This document shows, one piece after another, positions 10,083 to 18,817 of a stretch of 64,000 bases of DNA. The notes beneath the pieces were generated by a model, which saw only the letters and a list, made by a program, of their open reading frames with translations, was not told the origin of the DNA and made no database searches. Source of the stretch: Candidatus Eiseniibacteriota bacterium (GTDB lineage: Bacteria; Eisenbacteria; RBG-16-71-46; JAFGJU01); the NCBI GenBank assembly GCA_016928935.1, contig JAFGJU010000007.1:7172-71171 (forward strand), given 5' to 3'. The position numbers and the translations under genes are program-made. Position 1 is the stretch's first letter. Every line of letters starts with the position of its first letter.

Positions 10083-10162
10083 GCCGCTTCCCGGCTGCCC
10101 CGGAGTGCTCCGGCAGCCGTCACGAGCGGCCGCCGGCTCTCAGCCGACGTCAACGCAACTCA

Positions 10163-10190
10163 GAAGGCCAGCTCCTCCCGGCTGGCCTTC
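10163..10190 (+). terminator. rho-independent-like hairpin downstream of the lipoprotein gene
   Basis: Perfect 10-bp stem gaaggccagc / gctggccttc with an 8-nt loop, followed by a pyrimidine-rich tract. Confidence 0.35.
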
Positions 10191-10256
10191 TCCCTTCTCG
10201 TCCCCCAGCCCGCTGCCCCGTCCCGGCCTCGACCCGCGAGGCCGGCTCTTCCCCGC

Positions 10257-10285
10257 TTGACGGCGCCGTGTCAAGCTGGTATTTT
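10257..10285 (+). promoter_or_regulatory. sigma70-like promoter candidate for hppA (TTGACG-17-TATTTT)
   Basis: TTGACG at 10257-10262, a 17-nt spacer, TATTTT at 10280-10285. SD AAGGAGG lies 4 nt upstream of the ATG at 10348. Confidence 0.3.
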
Positions 10286-10347
10286 TAGGCGTTTGTTCGT
10301 TCAGCCAATGGGCGGACTGAAACCCTGTTGAGTCTCAAGGAGGTACA

Positions 10348-12489
10348 ATGGCCGGCATCCCTTCCATCTTCTGGATAGTCCCAGTTGCAGGCATCGCGAC
10401 AGTCCTCTTCGCGGTCCTCCTCATCAGGCACGTGCTGCGCCGTGACCCCGGCACGCCCAAGATGAGAGAGATCGGTGACGTCATCTTCGAGGGGGCCTGG
10501 GCGTTCTTGAAGCGCCAGTACAGCACCATAGGCCTTCTGTCGCTTCTCGTGGCCGTCATAATAGGCATCCTCGTGGCCCTACTCGGCGGAGAAAAGGGCA
10601 TAGAGGGAATGACCGCGGTCGGAATCGGCTGGCGGACAGCGGTGGCCTTCTTGCTCGGCGCCTTCTGCTCCAGCATCTCCGGGTTCATCGGCATGTATGT
10701 GGCCGTGAAGTCGAACGTCCGGTGCGCGGCCGCGGCCCAGAAGAACCTGTCCCAGGCCGTTACTGTGGCCCTGAGGGGCGGCGCCGTGTCCGGCTTCCTG
10801 ATCACTGCACTGAGCCTGTTGGGGGTTACGGCCATCTTCTTCGCCTTTGGCGGCGCCACGCGGCCGCACATAGCCCCGCATCTCATAGTGGGATTCGGGT
10901 TCGGAGCGAGCTTCGTGGCCCTTTTCGCGCAGCTGGGGGGCGGGATATACACCAAGGCGGCGGACATGGGGGCGGACCTGGTTGGAAAGGTGGAGGCGGG
11001 CATTCCCGAGGACGACCCCCGGAACGCCGCGGTCATCGCCGATCTGGTGGGGGACAACGTCGGCGACTGCGCCGGCCGTGGAGCGGACCTGTTTGAGTCA
11101 ACGGCGGCCGAGAACATAGGAGCAATGATACTGGGCATCATAGCCTACCTGGCCACTCACAACGTGGCCTGGGTGCTGTTTCCTCTCGTCGTCCGTGGTT
11201 TCGGCTTGGTGGCCAGCATGGTGGGCCTTATGTGTGTGCGCGCCAGGGAAAACGAGAATGCCATGGATGCCCTGAACCGCGGGTACTTCGTGGCCGTCGG
11301 CCTCTCCATAATAGGCCTGGCAGTCACGATCCACGTCATGCTGCACAACTGGTGGCTGTTCGGAGCCGGCCTGGTCGGCATACTGGCGAGCGTCGTCACC
11401 ATCTTCGTGACCCAGTACTACACGGAATCCAGGTACAAGCCCGTGAAGGACATCGCCCAGGCCTCAAAGACGGGGCCGGCGACCAACATAGTCGTAGGGA
11501 TCGCAGTGGGCTTCGAAACCACTCTCGCAACGGCAATAGTCATAGGTGGCTCTCTGATGCTCTCGTACTGGATGGGACAGATGAGCGGCGTCCTGGGAGC
11601 GGGCGCCTTCGGCACTGCCGTGGCCACGATGGGCATGCTCATGACCTGCCCTTACATCCTGTCCATGGACACGTTCGGCCCAATCACGGATAACGCAAAC
11701 GGCATAAACCAAATGGCCGGGGTAGGCAAGGAAGTGCGCCACATCACGGACAGGCTGGACGCCGTCGGCAACACCACCAAGGCGTTGACCAAGGGTTATG
11801 CCATGGTGTCCGCCGGCCTCGCCGCCTTCCTGCTCTTCCAGGCCTACCTCGACAGAGTCTCCTTCCTCAGGTTCGGTGAGGAGGGCAAGTACAACGTGGT
11901 TGACATAGCCAAGGTGGAGGTCTTCGTAGGCGCCCTCCTGGCAGTCATGATCGTGTACCTATTCAGCTCCTGGGCCATAAGGGCGGTCGGCAAGACGGCC
12001 GGCGCCATAATCCAGGAGGTGCGACGGCAATTCCAGTCGGACCCGGGCATCATGGCCGGGACCTCCAAGCCGGATTACTCCAGGGCCGTGGACATAACGG
12101 CCCGAGCCGGCCTGCGTGAGATGGTCGCACCCGGGCTTCTGCCGGTACTGGCTCCCGTGGTCATAGGCCTGCTCTTCAAGTGGGCCGGCTACGACGCGGC
12201 CATGGTCGTGGCCGCCGTGCTGATGGTGGGGACCATCGCGGGCATCATGCTGGCCTCGTTCATGAACAACGGCGGCGGCGCCTGGGACAACGCCAAGAAA
12301 ATGATAGAGGACGGCCAGCTCAAGGACGAGAAGGGGAACGTCATTACCAAGGGCAGTTTCACCCACGCAGCTGCGGTCGTCGGAGACACGGTCGGCGACC
12401 CGTTCAAGGACACCGCGGGACCGTCTCTCCACGTGCTCGTGAAACTCTTGAGCACGATCACTCTGGTGATGTGCCCGCTGTTCATCTGA
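10348..12489 (+). CDS. hppA: membrane-bound proton-translocating pyrophosphatase (H+-PPase), K+-independent type
   Basis: Sixteen-TM V-PPase with its hallmark motifs (GGIYTKAADMGADLVGKVE, DLVGDNVGDCAGRGADLFES). The GNTTKA motif carries Lys, which marks K+-independent H+-PPases. Confidence 0.95.
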   Translation: MAGIPSIFWIVPVAGIATVLFAVLLIRHVLRRDPGTPKMREIGDVIFEGAWAFLKRQYSTIGLLSLLVAVIIGILVALLGGEKGIEGMTAVGIGWRTAVAFLLGAFCSSISGFIGMYVAVKSNVRCAAAAQKNLSQAVTVALRGGAVSGFLITALSLLGVTAIFFAFGGATRPHIAPHLIVGFGFGASFVALFAQLGGGIYTKAADMGADLVGKVEAGIPEDDPRNAAVIADLVGDNVGDCAGRGADLFESTAAENIGAMILGIIAYLATHNVAWVLFPLVVRGFGLVASMVGLMCVRARENENAMDALNRGYFVAVGLSIIGLAVTIHVMLHNWWLFGAGLVGILASVVTIFVTQYYTESRYKPVKDIAQASKTGPATNIVVGIAVGFETTLATAIVIGGSLMLSYWMGQMSGVLGAGAFGTAVATMGMLMTCPYILSMDTFGPITDNANGINQMAGVGKEVRHITDRLDAVGNTTKALTKGYAMVSAGLAAFLLFQAYLDRVSFLRFGEEGKYNVVDIAKVEVFVGALLAVMIVYLFSSWAIRAVGKTAGAIIQEVRRQFQSDPGIMAGTSKPDYSRAVDITARAGLREMVAPGLLPVLAPVVIGLLFKWAGYDAAMVVAAVLMVGTIAGIMLASFMNNGGGAWDNAKKMIEDGQLKDEKGNVITKGSFTHAAAVVGDTVGDPFKDTAGPSLHVLVKLLSTITLVMCPLFI

Positions 12490-12652
12490 AGCCTCGCGCG
12501 AGCCGGCGCGACAGCGCTTTCGGCCGGCTGGAGGCCTCGTGCATCCATACGGAGCCTCCCGCCGGCCTTGCCGTCCGGTGACCGTTCGACTGCCCATTCC
12601 GGGTTCCACAGGCTCGCACAGCGCCGGACGGGTCCGCCTGAGGAGGTGCTCA

Positions 12653-13054
12653 TTGGAGTACGTCGAGATCGACGCAAGAGACAGACAGCTCATTGCCGCC
12701 GCCGCGGAGGTCATCCGCAGAAATTTTCGCGAGGACAGACACACGGTGGGCGCCGCGGTGCGTTGTCCTTCCGGCAGGACGTACGTGGGGGTCAACGTGG
12801 ATTCCTGCGGATACGGACCCTGCGCGGAGCCCATCGCAATCGGCGCGGCGTTCAGTGCGGGAGAGAGCGGAATCGAGGCCATAGTCGCGGTGGAGGGCAA
12901 GAGCGGCAGCTACGGCGTCCTTTCTCCGTGCGGCAATTGCAGGCAGCTCCTCCTCGACTACGCGCCGGACGCGATGGTCATAGTGCTGCTCGACGGAAAC
13001 GCAGTCAAGGTCAGAGCCAGGGACCTCCTGCCCGCCCCCTACCGGAGCTACTGA
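12653..13054 (+). CDS. cytidine deaminase family protein with blasticidin-S-deaminase-like features
   Basis: Zinc ligands CAEP and SPCGNCRQ are present. GVNVDSCGYGPCAE..VLSPCGNCRQLLLDY..ARDLLPAPY resembles the BSD family. The start is placed at TTG 12653 with AGGAGG 6 nt upstream, whereas the track ORF begins at 12539. Confidence 0.7.
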   Translation: MEYVEIDARDRQLIAAAAEVIRRNFREDRHTVGAAVRCPSGRTYVGVNVDSCGYGPCAEPIAIGAAFSAGESGIEAIVAVEGKSGSYGVLSPCGNCRQLLLDYAPDAMVIVLLDGNAVKVRARDLLPAPYRSY

Positions 13055-13117
13055 GCCGCCGTCGACACGCCGCCCTGCCCTACCGTTCAGGCCGGCGTTC
13101 CGAGCACTCCGGCCGCG

Positions 13118-14599
13118 TCATTCAAGCCTCTCCAGCATCTTCGCGACTTTCCGACCCACCCTCACCGCCGCCGGCGGGTCGTAGTTCGAGAGGACCACGG
13201 TCGTGTAGCCCACCCCGGGCTGCGCTTCGAGGTACGCGCTGATTCCGGGAGCGCCGCCCGCGACTGCGATTCCGCCCTCGGACACCTCACGCGACGCCTC
13301 CGGTGCCGAGAGCTTCCCGGCCTTCAGCGCAAGCACGAGCCTCAAGAGGTCGTCCGCGTTCGAATAGCCTCCGCCGGCCGAGCTCCCCCGCGCGGGCCGA
13401 GTGTAGATGTTGTTGCGCCGTGGCTCACCACGGCGCTCCTCCTGGCCCCACGCATGAGTGTAGCCGCTGGCCACGTCGGGAACGGGCACGTCGGCTTCCA
13501 GATGCCCCGTGCTTTCCATGCCGGCCGGCGCGCATATGTGTTCGCGCACGTAGTCGAAGTAGGTCTGCCCGCTCGCTTTCTCCACTATCAGGCCGAGCAC
13601 CACGTAACCGCCGTTGGAATATGCGCTGCTCGTGCCCGGCTCGAACGCCAGGGAGTCGGACGCAAACAGCGGGAGGTAGTCAACGAGGTCCCTTATCCTG
13701 TCCTTGGGAGTGTCGGCGTATCTCTGACCGAAGAAATCCCCTATGCCAGACGTCATCTCCAACAGGTGTCGCACGGTCACTTTCGCTGCTGCTTCCGCGT
13801 TCGAATAGTCAGGCAGGAACTTCCCTATCGTGTCATCCAGAGTCAGGGCGCCCCTCGCCGCGAGCTGTTCCACCGCGATGCGCGTGAACAGCTTGTTTAT
13901 GGAGCCCAGGTTGAAACGAGTCTCTGCACGGTTCGGGACTCCGTATTCCTTGCTGGCCGTTCCGAACGCTCTTCTGAACACCGTGACGTCGGGCCTGGCC
14001 AAAAGGACTACTCCGGAGAACTCGTCACGCCTCGCGAGTGAGTCAAGGTATGCGGACAGCTCCGCAACCAGCTGTGTCTCGTTGAGCGGAGGCCCTTCCC
14101 CTTCCGGTGAAGGCGGACCCTCCAGCAACTCGAAACGCGCTCCCAGGAAACGATGAGGAGGCTCAGCCTCGAAGGCGAAAGATATCTCCAGCCACTTCCC
14201 GGTCCCGCCGCGCGCCACCACCGTGAGCGCGTCCTCCCGCACCCGAGTGATCCGCTCCAACTCGAGCACCCCCGTGTCCTCCCTGATCTGCCGCAGTGCC
14301 TGGAGCCGGCCCTCCACGGGCCTCTGGCGTGCTCCCTCCGGCGACAGGTTGGCCTCCAGGTAGACACGCATCTCGGCCTCCTGTCCGGCGTTGAAAGCCT
14401 CCAAGAAGCCGGCCACGCGCTTTCCCGCCTGTGTGTCCGGCAGTCGCGCCGTGCCCACTGAGTCGCGGCCCGCGGCCTCGGACCCGCTCTGTGTCCGGCT
14501 GTTCGGGGCCGCGCCCGCGTGCCTAGCCCAGCTTCCTGACGGGGTCAGCGCCAGCAGGCCGCAGACGAGCAACGTTGCCATGAGGGGTTCAGTCTTCAT
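13118..14599 (-). CDS. class C beta-lactamase / PBP-like serine hydrolase with an N-terminal domain of unknown function
   Basis: Signal peptide, SxxK motif (SINK) and YxN motif (YSNGGY). SD AAGGAGAAG. About 180 aa at the N-terminus precede the hydrolase domain. Confidence 0.75.
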   Translation of the reverse strand: MKTEPLMATLLVCGLLALTPSGSWARHAGAAPNSRTQSGSEAAGRDSVGTARLPDTQAGKRVAGFLEAFNAGQEAEMRVYLEANLSPEGARQRPVEGRLQALRQIREDTGVLELERITRVREDALTVVARGGTGKWLEISFAFEAEPPHRFLGARFELLEGPPSPEGEGPPLNETQLVAELSAYLDSLARRDEFSGVVLLARPDVTVFRRAFGTASKEYGVPNRAETRFNLGSINKLFTRIAVEQLAARGALTLDDTIGKFLPDYSNAEAAAKVTVRHLLEMTSGIGDFFGQRYADTPKDRIRDLVDYLPLFASDSLAFEPGTSSAYSNGGYVVLGLIVEKASGQTYFDYVREHICAPAGMESTGHLEADVPVPDVASGYTHAWGQEERRGEPRRNNIYTRPARGSSAGGGYSNADDLLRLVLALKAGKLSAPEASREVSEGGIAVAGGAPGISAYLEAQPGVGYTTVVLSNYDPPAAVRVGRKVAKMLERLE

Positions 14600-14740
14600 C
14601 AGCTTCTCCTTGTTTGCGGGTCCATTCCGCGTGCCGTCACTCGGTTATACGCCCTTCTGCCCAGACTGTTCCAGGAAATATGCCGCGCGCCGACAGCTTT
14701 GGCAAGCGCGCCGGCGCATCCCCCCACGTCCGCTTTGTGA

Positions 14741-14770
14741 TTGACATGACGCGTGCGCATTCCTTACAAT
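14741..14770 (+). promoter_or_regulatory. sigma70-like promoter candidate (TTGACA-18-TACAAT) for the FBP aldolase/phosphatase gene
   Basis: TTGACA at 14741-14746, an 18-nt spacer, TACAAT at 14765-14770. A leader of about 135 nt ends in GAAGGAGGAAAG immediately before the ATG at 14908. Confidence 0.35.
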
Positions 14771-14907
14771 ACCTTGCTAAGTTACTCATGTCCGCTCCGA
14801 CTCCTGCAACCTCACTCATGGGGAAGGCGGGGACCTACAAAACATGAGCCGAGATGTCTCTGGGCGAGAGTTCTGAGTGCAGCGACCTCTGCGACGAAGG
14901 AGGAAAG

Positions 14908-16014
14908 ATGGCTGGGAAGAAGACGACCGTCAGTGTCATTAAGGCCGACGTCGGCGGGTACGTAGGACACTCCGGCATGCACCCCGACGTGGTGGCAAAA
15001 GCGAACGAGATGCTGGAGGTGGCCGTTGAAAAGGGACTCGTGACCGACTTCCACGTGACCTGGTGCGGCGACGACCTTGAACTCATAATGACTCACGTCA
15101 GGGGCCTCGAAGCGGCCGACATACACAAGCTCGCATGGGACATCTTTCTGGCCGGCACAGAAGTCGCCAAGAAGCTCGGGCTGTACGGCGCGGGCCAGGA
15201 CATCCTCAAGGACGCCTTCAGTGGCACGGTCAAGGGACTCGGCCCGGGTGTGGCCGAGATGGAGTTTACCGAGAGAAGGAGCGACCCCATCATAGTGTTC
15301 ATGGCCGATAAGACCTCTCCTGGGGCCTGGAACCTTCCTCTCTACAAGATGTTCGCTGACCCGTTCAACACGGCGGGTCTGGTCATTGACCCCAGCATGC
15401 ACGAGGGCTTCAATTTCCTCGTGCTCGACGTAATCGACTCCAAGGAGATCATCCTCTCTGCGCCGGACGAGCTGTACGACATACTCGCCTTGATAGGCTC
15501 GCCCGCCAGGTACATGATAAAGTCCATTTACAGGCGCGCTGACGGGGAGATAGGAGCCAGCGCGTCAACCCAGAGACTCAGTCTCATAGCCGGCAAGTAC
15601 GTCGGCAAGGACGATCCCGTCCTCGTGGTCCGCGCTCAGAGCGGCCTGCCGGCCGTGGGCGAGATACTCGAGCCCTTCGCGTTCCCACACATCGTGGAGG
15701 GGTGGATGAGAGGCTCACACAACGGCCCTCTGATGCCGGTCGCCTTCCAGGACGCAACGCCGACCAGGTTCGACGGACCGCCAAGGGTCATAGCTGCCGG
15801 CTTCCAGGTGACGAACGGCCAGCTCATCGGGCCCGTGGACATGTTCGACGACCCCGGCTTTGACCTGGCGAGGAGCAAGGCCAACGAAATCGCTGACTAC
15901 ATGAGGCGGCACGGCCCGTTTGAGCCGCACAGGCTCCCGGCTGAGGCGATGGAGTACACCACCCTTCCGAGCCTCCTCGCGAAGCTGAAGGACAGGTTCA
16001 AGAACACCAAGTAG
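14908..16014 (+). CDS. fbp: bifunctional fructose-1,6-bisphosphate aldolase/phosphatase (class V FBPase, archaeal type)
   Basis: N-terminus MAGKKTTVSVIKADVGGYVGHSGMHPD and the length (~369 aa) match FBP aldolase/phosphatase. There is a strong SD, and the track start at 14854 is upstream and in frame. Confidence 0.85.
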   Translation: MAGKKTTVSVIKADVGGYVGHSGMHPDVVAKANEMLEVAVEKGLVTDFHVTWCGDDLELIMTHVRGLEAADIHKLAWDIFLAGTEVAKKLGLYGAGQDILKDAFSGTVKGLGPGVAEMEFTERRSDPIIVFMADKTSPGAWNLPLYKMFADPFNTAGLVIDPSMHEGFNFLVLDVIDSKEIILSAPDELYDILALIGSPARYMIKSIYRRADGEIGASASTQRLSLIAGKYVGKDDPVLVVRAQSGLPAVGEILEPFAFPHIVEGWMRGSHNGPLMPVAFQDATPTRFDGPPRVIAAGFQVTNGQLIGPVDMFDDPGFDLARSKANEIADYMRRHGPFEPHRLPAEAMEYTTLPSLLAKLKDRFKNTK

Positions 16015-16027
16015 CCGCCGGCCCCGG

Positions 16028-18610
16028 TCAGCGTCGGCGCAAGCCCCTGGCGAAGGAGAGCAGAGCGAACGCGCGCAGCGTCCGTTCTGCTCTCCACTTC
16101 TTTGCCCTCCCCAAGAACGGATGTGACGCTCCCGGGTCGGCCGTCCGCACCGAGAGCAGCCGGCTCACCTCGAAACTCACGCATCCGTCCACGTCAGTGC
16201 GAAACACCCGCGCTCCGACATGCTTGTACGACTCGACCACGTCCCTGGACGGATGGCCGAACCGGTTCTTCCGGCCCACGCTGAACACAACGTAGTCGGG
16301 CCTCACGCTCGCCACGAACCGCTCGCTCAGCGTCTCGGCGGCCCCGTGGTGCGCGGCCTTGACTATGGTGACGGCGGGACGGCTCTCGCCGCCGGGTCGC
16401 CCCACGCCGTGCGCCCGCGGCTCACCGTTCGCTCCGGGGTCGCCTGCCGGTGCGCCGATTCTGTCCGCAACGGCGTCGAGCACCGTCGCGCTCACGTCTC
16501 CGGTGAAGACCACCCTCACCCCTTCGTACTCCAGCACACACACCACGGACGAATCGTTGAGGGAAGAGGAGGACGTGTCCGGACTGGTCCTTCCAGTGGG
16601 GTGCAGGAACCGCATGACCGCCTCGCGGCGCCGCGCTCCGCCGGCCGCAGCGCGGATGACCGAACCCGAGCGCGCAGTCGCTTCCAGCGCGGTTCCACGC
16701 GCTCGCGCAGCCCGGGCCACCAGGCCCCACACTGCGCTTGTCGTGTCGGCCCCCGAGGTCATCACGCGGCCGACCTTCCCCCTCTGAATGAGCCACGGCA
16801 GGCCGCCTGCGTGGTCCGAATGAAAGTGCGTCACTATGGCGGCGTCAACTGCGCGGAGGTTCTTGGCCCGCAGGTACGGCGCGACAACTCTCTCGCCGCA
16901 GTTCCACCCTCCTTTCGCGTCGCCGACGTCGACAAGCAGGCTGCTCCCGTCGGGCAGGCGGAGCAGCGCGGCGTCCCCCTGGCCGACGTCCAGAAAGTCC
17001 ACGGTCATCCGTCCCTCGCCTCCCCACGGCAGGCCGGACAGTGCCCCGGCCGGTCCCACCCCGGCGAAACGACCCAGGAGCATCGCCACGCAGGACGCCG
17101 TCACGACGAGAGCCGCCGTCTTCCCGGGCGGGCCGCGCCTCTCAATTGTGGCGGCCAGGCTCAGAGCGGCGAAGAAGGCACCCAGGAAGACGACGACCTC
17201 CACCACATGCGGCCGCGACAACTCGAGGACTGCGTGCGGCGCTGAAGCTGCCAGCCCGGCCACCAGGTTGCAGAGCCGAAGAAGGAGCCAGGTGAGGTCG
17301 AACGAGTACCCGGCCACCCATGGGAAGACGCCGGCCAGCGCGAGCGAGCAGAACCCGCAGACCAGTCCTGCCGAGGCCAGCGGAATGCCCAGTAGGTTGG
17401 CCGGCACCGCCACGAGCGACACGCTCCCGAACTGAAGCGCGAGCAGCGGCAGCACTCCCAGTTGGGCCACCGAGGTGGTCAATGCGGTGGAGCCGGCGTA
17501 CTTCCACGCCCACCCGGGCATCCTGACCGCCTGTTTCAGTCGCCCGGCCAATCTGGCGGACATGATTATGGACCCGGTCGCCAGGTACGAAAGCTGAAAC
17601 CCCGCGTCCCAAAAGTAACGAGGGTTGACGAGCAGCAGTACGGCGCAGCTCCCGAACAGAGGGTTCATCAGGTCCGCGCTCCGTCTCAGCAGACGAGACG
17701 CCGCCACCCACGTCAGCATCAGGGCCGCTCGCACGGTCGGAGGCTGGAACCCGGAGAGGCTGCAGTAGAACCACACCAGGGCCGCCGCCCCTGCCAAGGC
17801 CGCGCGGTCACGAATTCCCACACCTTTCAAGAGAATGAGCGCCGCCAGCCCCACCAGAGCCGTGTGCATTCCCGACACGGACAGGATGTGCACCAGTCCC
17901 GAGTCTCTGAACGCGACCTTCGTCTCCTGCGAGAACTCCCCCCTCTCCCCAAGTACCAGGGCCAGCAGGAACGCTCTCTCCTCCCCCACCATCCGCTTCT
18001 GAATCGTCTCTCGTGCCCACCGCCTGAGCGGCGCCACGTAGGCCCCGACCACTCCGCCCGAAGAGCGCCCCCTCTTGACCAGCGGACGCAGAAACCCGGG
18101 CACATCCAGGACGTACCAGACATTCTGCTGGAAGAGATAGGCGGCCTCGCTGTATCCCCCGTCGTTGCGACGACCCGCCGAGTTTCTGAGGCTGCCGGTC
18201 ACAGTCAGTGTGTCGCCGGGGCGTAAGTCCGCCGGCAGGCTCCTCAGCCTGACGAGCACCCTTCTGCCCGAGGTCTTCATCACCACGGAACCGCCGGTCT
18301 GAGACTGCTGCGCAAACCCACACACTGTGCCGCGCAGCGTCACAGTCCTCTCTCCCAAGACCCGGACATTTGCGCACTGGGCCGTGACCCGTTCCGACGC
18401 AACCAGGCCCACCGCGGACACGAGGAGTGAGGCCGTCAACAAGCCGCGCAGGGTCCGGAGAACGGAGGAAGACCCTCCGGCGAGCCCCAGGACAACACCC
18501 GACCCGCACGCCACGGCGACGAGGAGCCAGCCCTCCGGACACAGGCACATGGAGAGCCCCGTGCCGGCCGCCACGCACACGCAGAATCTGGCGCTTCCGC
18601 AGTCCCACAC
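16028..18610 (-). CDS. comEC: DNA internalization competence protein ComEC/Rec2 (with metallo-beta-lactamase domain)
   Basis: Polytopic N-terminal region, a competence domain, and a C-terminal MBL domain (VTHFHSDHAGGLPWL, VDVGQGDAALLR). Confidence 0.85.
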   Translation of the reverse strand: MWDCGSARFCVCVAAGTGLSMCLCPEGWLLVAVACGSGVVLGLAGGSSSVLRTLRGLLTASLLVSAVGLVASERVTAQCANVRVLGERTVTLRGTVCGFAQQSQTGGSVVMKTSGRRVLVRLRSLPADLRPGDTLTVTGSLRNSAGRRNDGGYSEAAYLFQQNVWYVLDVPGFLRPLVKRGRSSGGVVGAYVAPLRRWARETIQKRMVGEERAFLLALVLGERGEFSQETKVAFRDSGLVHILSVSGMHTALVGLAALILLKGVGIRDRAALAGAAALVWFYCSLSGFQPPTVRAALMLTWVAASRLLRRSADLMNPLFGSCAVLLLVNPRYFWDAGFQLSYLATGSIIMSARLAGRLKQAVRMPGWAWKYAGSTALTTSVAQLGVLPLLALQFGSVSLVAVPANLLGIPLASAGLVCGFCSLALAGVFPWVAGYSFDLTWLLLRLCNLVAGLAASAPHAVLELSRPHVVEVVVFLGAFFAALSLAATIERRGPPGKTAALVVTASCVAMLLGRFAGVGPAGALSGLPWGGEGRMTVDFLDVGQGDAALLRLPDGSSLLVDVGDAKGGWNCGERVVAPYLRAKNLRAVDAAIVTHFHSDHAGGLPWLIQRGKVGRVMTSGADTTSAVWGLVARAARARGTALEATARSGSVIRAAAGGARRREAVMRFLHPTGRTSPDTSSSSLNDSSVVCVLEYEGVRVVFTGDVSATVLDAVADRIGAPAGDPGANGEPRAHGVGRPGGESRPAVTIVKAAHHGAAETLSERFVASVRPDYVVFSVGRKNRFGHPSRDVVESYKHVGARVFRTDVDGCVSFEVSRLLSVRTADPGASHPFLGRAKKWRAERTLRAFALLSFARGLRRR

Positions 18611-18817
18611 GTCTCATCACCCGACTGACCGGCGGGGCAACGTTTGTGCCAGACGGCACCGTCGAGCATTCAGCGCCGTATGCGGGGTGCGCGCCGAGAG
18701 CGTGTGAACAAAGTCTACGGAAGCGAACTCAGGGTTGGCGGAAGCCGCGGCGCCCGCGCCGCGGCGCGAGGAAAGACAATGCAGTGCTCAGTCAACCGGC
18801 ATGCGAACTGCGTCTAC

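Noticed and set aside
18744-18765. GC palindrome gccgcggcgc-cc-gcgccgcggc between the PEGA gene and comEC as a terminator
   Set aside because: A 2-nt loop is too tight for an RNA hairpin, and no U-tract follows. It could be a protein-binding palindrome, but evidence is insufficient to call a feature.
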